Shown: piece after piece, positions 62,953 through 64,000 of the stretch
Layout of the letters: every line of letters begins with the position of its first letter
Position numbering within the stretch: the stretch's first letter is position 1
Assembly: GCF_963921235.1 (NCBI RefSeq)
Contig: NC_086097.1
Span: 253,644,001-253,708,000, forward strand
From: Mobula hypostoma
Lineage: Eukaryota
Length of the DNA: 64,000 bases
Reading direction: 5' to 3'
Translations under genes and position numbers: made by a program
The notes under the pieces: generated by a model
Seen by the model: only the letters and a program-made list of their open reading frames with translations
Database searches by the model: none
Told to the model about the DNA's origin: nothing

Positions 62953-64000
62953 CAGATGTTTCAGAAAGGACAGGGAGGGAGGCAAAAGAGGTGGGGGCAT
63001 GGCACTGTTGATCAGAGATAATGTCACGACTACAGAAAAGGAGGAAGTCATGGAGGGATTGTCTACGGAGTCTCTGTGGGTGGAAGTTAGAAACATGAAG
63101 GGGTCAATAACTCTACTTGGTGTTTTTTATAGACCACCCAATAGTAACAGGGACATTGAGGAGCAGATAGGGAGACAGATTCTGGAAAGGTGTAATAATA
63201 ACAGGATTGTTGTGGTGGGAGATTTTAATTTCCCAAATATTGATTGGCATCTCCCTAGAGCGAAGGGTTTAGATGGAGTGGAGATTGTTAGATGTATTCA
63301 GGAAGGTTTCCTGACACAATATGTAGATAAGCCTACAAGAGGAGAGGCTGTACTTGATCTGGTATTGGGAAATGAACCTGGTCAGGTGTCAGATCTCTCA
63401 GTGGGAGAGCATCTTGGAGATAGTGATCACAACTCTATCTCCTTTACCATAGCATTGGAGAGAGATAGGAACAGACAAGTTACGGAAGTATTTAATTGGA
63501 ATAAGGGGAAATATGAGGCTATCAGGCAGGAACTTGGAAGCATAAATTGAGAACAGATGTTCTCAGGGAAATGTAGGGCAGAAATGTACAAATGTTCAAG
63601 GGATATTTGCGTGGAGTTTCAATGAGACAGGAAAAGTAAGGTAGGGTACAGGAACCATGGTGTACAAAGGCTGTTGAAAATCTAGTCAAGAAGAAAAGAA
63701 AATCTTGTGATAGGTTCAAAAAATTAGGCAATGATAAAGATCTAGAAGATTATAAGGCCAGTAGGAAGGAGTTTAAGAATAAAATTAGGAGAGCCAGCAG
63801 GGGCCATGAGAAGGCCTTGGTGAGTAGGATTAAGGAAAACCCCAAGGCATTCTACAAGCATGTGAAGAGCAAGAGGATAAGACATAAGACAATAGGACAA
63901 ATCAAGTGTGACAATGGAAAAGTGTGTATGGAACCGAAGGAAATAGCAGACATACTCAATGAATACTTTGCTTCAGTATTCACTACAGAAAAGGATCTTG
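62953..64000 (+). mobile_element. CR1 ORF2 (EN onward), runs off the window end
   Basis: GGGMALL, YRPP, GDFN, SDH, LNEYFASVFT. Confidence 0.9.

Noticed and set aside
62670..63200. Head-to-head CR1 EN fragments as a twin-priming 5' inversion
   Set aside because: The overlapping regions encode clearly different sequences, so they come from different subfamilies and are more likely independent insertions.
28100..64000. A second host gene downstream of SDC2
   Set aside because: All longer ORFs are TE-derived or antisense shadows; small exons could have been missed by eye.

Overview
Eukaryotic, repeat-dense vertebrate DNA. The mix of CR1, Rex1/Babar-like LINEs, V-SINEs and Penelope-like repeats suggests a cartilaginous fish, probably a ray (inference). 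The only host gene I can support is the 3' part of syndecan-2 (SDC2, + strand): three coding exons (12764-12915, 20775-20919, 26147-26310) and a 3'UTR. Exons 1-2 were not found and probably lie upstream. Most of the rest is nested transposable elements: many CR1 LINEs (one with an apparently intact EN-RT ORF2), Rex1/Babar-like LINE fragments, an RTE LINE with a 10-bp TSD, Tc1 and Tigger-like DNA transposon remnants, an old and a young Gypsy element, and a solo LTR. The standout is the young 4.36-kb Gypsy at 42584-46941. It has no tRNA primer-binding site; instead the 16 nt just after the 5' LTR are a perfect reverse complement of the LTR segment that carries the AATAAA signal, suggesting self-priming and/or poly(A)-site occlusion. 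Its RT motif is YLDN rather than YxDD. Several local, apparently templated duplications and inversions are also present. Boundaries of degenerate repeats are approximate; splice sites, TSDs and LTR ends were read base by base.
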